A stretch of 64,000 nucleotides of DNA from Azolla caroliniana (taxonomy: Eukaryota; Plantae; Polypodiophyta): the NCBI GenBank assembly GCA_043228905.1, contig JBHGNT010000008.1, forward strand, positions 12,338,001 through 12,402,000, read 5' to 3'. The position numbers and the translations under genes are program-made. Shown here one piece after another: positions 62,409 through 64,000 of this stretch. The notes beneath the pieces were generated by a model, which was given only the letters and a program-made list of their open reading frames with translations, searched no databases and was not told where the DNA came from. The first letter of the stretch is position 1; each line of letters opens with the position of its first letter.

Positions 62409-62872
62409 GGCAAGCAAGTAGTAGTTAGGAAGCAGAGATGAAAGGAAAGGAAGAGCTCTCTTCTGCCTGCCTGTCTATCTGTACTGCCTGCCTGCCTGCC
62501 TGTCTCGCTCGATAGCACACACGATGAGCTTCTCTTTGCAGCGGAGTTCGAGGCAATGGAGCTAATTTGTAGTAGCAGTGTATGCTCCCTGATTTTCGGT
62601 TTTTTTTTTTTTTTTTCTCTTTTTTTTTTTTAATGTTTTTTGTTTTTCTTTTGGGGGGGGGGGAGGGTGGGGGTCAATAGATAGATAGATAGATAATCTA
62701 CGGAATGAAATGGGTGGTGCTGCTGCCGCTGCTCAAGATGATGATGATGATGATCATGGATGAATGTTTTTCTGCTCTCCTCTCTCCCTCTTCCCTCTTT
62801 TGTTGTTTTAGGTATGTGTGTGTATGTGGCTGAGGTTGCTCTTTTTTCCACAACTCTGTATGTGGCTCAGAA

Positions 62873-62908
<36 letters not shown>

Positions 62909-63126
62909 CCTGCCAAACTGTGCGCTTTTCTTTATCCATTTGCCTTCTCTTCTTATTCTTCTTCTTCGTTTTCCTTTTTTTCCTTTTTTTATCCATTCAT
63001 TCGCCTCTTTATTTTCCTCCCTTTTCTTTTTATTATTGTTGTTATTATTTACATATTTTTATTAATAAAATAATCGATTGATTGTTATTAATATGTTATG
63101 TGTATGTTGTATGTGCATAATAGATA

Positions 63127-63133
63127 GATAAGG
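63127..63133 (+). promoter_or_regulatory. I-box-like GATAAGG about 720 bp upstream of the RCA ATG
   Basis: Motif match only; I-boxes are known in light-regulated RBCS and RCA promoters. Confidence 0.25.
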
Positions 63134-64000
63134 TTCCCTCCCTCCTCATCCACACATATGTCTCACTGGTCCACTCCCATGCCGCGTGTCAAAAAGCCCC
63201 CCGCCCCCTTCCTTCTAGACTCTTCTAAACGAAATTGCATGTAATATTGTCAAGTTATTATTCCCCTCTTTGCCTCGCTCTCAACAATGCTATCTATCAT
63301 TGGTGCAACCACTATACACCATGGCCATTTTTACTCCCTAACTTCACAACATTATCATCTCATGCTACAATTCCGATTCATAACTTGGGGAATCATATTA
63401 ACATTGAAGTCCAACATAGAAAATTGGGCAACAAACTTGATGTTTAGCGCATTCGTATAGTTAATTATATTGGATGATATGCAAAAAAATATACATTTAG
63501 CTCCGCATACTTAAATTTTGAAAAGTCTAACTTCAATGCATAATGTGTGTTTGTATGCGCACGAGAGTAAAGCTGACGAAAGTAGCTCAATCCATAGCTT
63601 TCAACCCTACATTCCACATTGTTTTTATAGTCAATTAGAATATTTACTAATATGTGAGCCCAATGCATGGTTTAATTAATAAAATATCAAAATGGCACTT
63701 TCTTCAATTATCAAGTAAAAAATATAGGTATTATTACTAAAAATTGGCTTTTAGGAATAATTCCTATATTTGTGGGAGAACATCATACAAAAATAATACC
63801 TTCTTGCAACTCATTAATTGAATATTTGAGGTGAGACTAATCACCAACTACCATTACACATGAGATCAAATGTGTGAACGGGTATAACAACATACTACAT
63901 ATATAAACAATCCATAGATTTCACTCTAGGTTTAGCTCACACTTCATGCACTCCATTCTATATCTATATCTACTCATGTATGAATACATGGGTTAGAGCT

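Overview
Eukaryotic, land-plant nuclear DNA. A non-seed plant such as a fern is my inference from the TE types and the very long intron; the sequence alone does not prove it. Two spliced host genes lie on the minus strand. One is an ESCRT-associated BRO1/ALIX homologue (7 coding exons, 11232-28897, about 806 aa) whose 14.6-kb second intron is filled with LTR retrotransposons. The other is Rubisco activase (7 exons, 59110-62408), which can encode both a redox-regulated alpha form and a short beta form. Most of the rest is nested retroelements: at least 4 Ty3/gypsy and 7 Ty1/copia copies or fragments, 3 TSD-flanked solo LTRs, 2 convergent L1-like LINE 3' ends, and microsatellites. The best candidate for something undescribed is an accessory ORF of about 450 codons downstream of pol. 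It is shared by two diverged Ty3/gypsy copies and in both follows a positionally conserved TGACGTCA motif. No prokaryotic-type systems (CRISPR, operons) are present. Coordinates and splice sites were read by eye and need alignment or RNA-seq confirmation.
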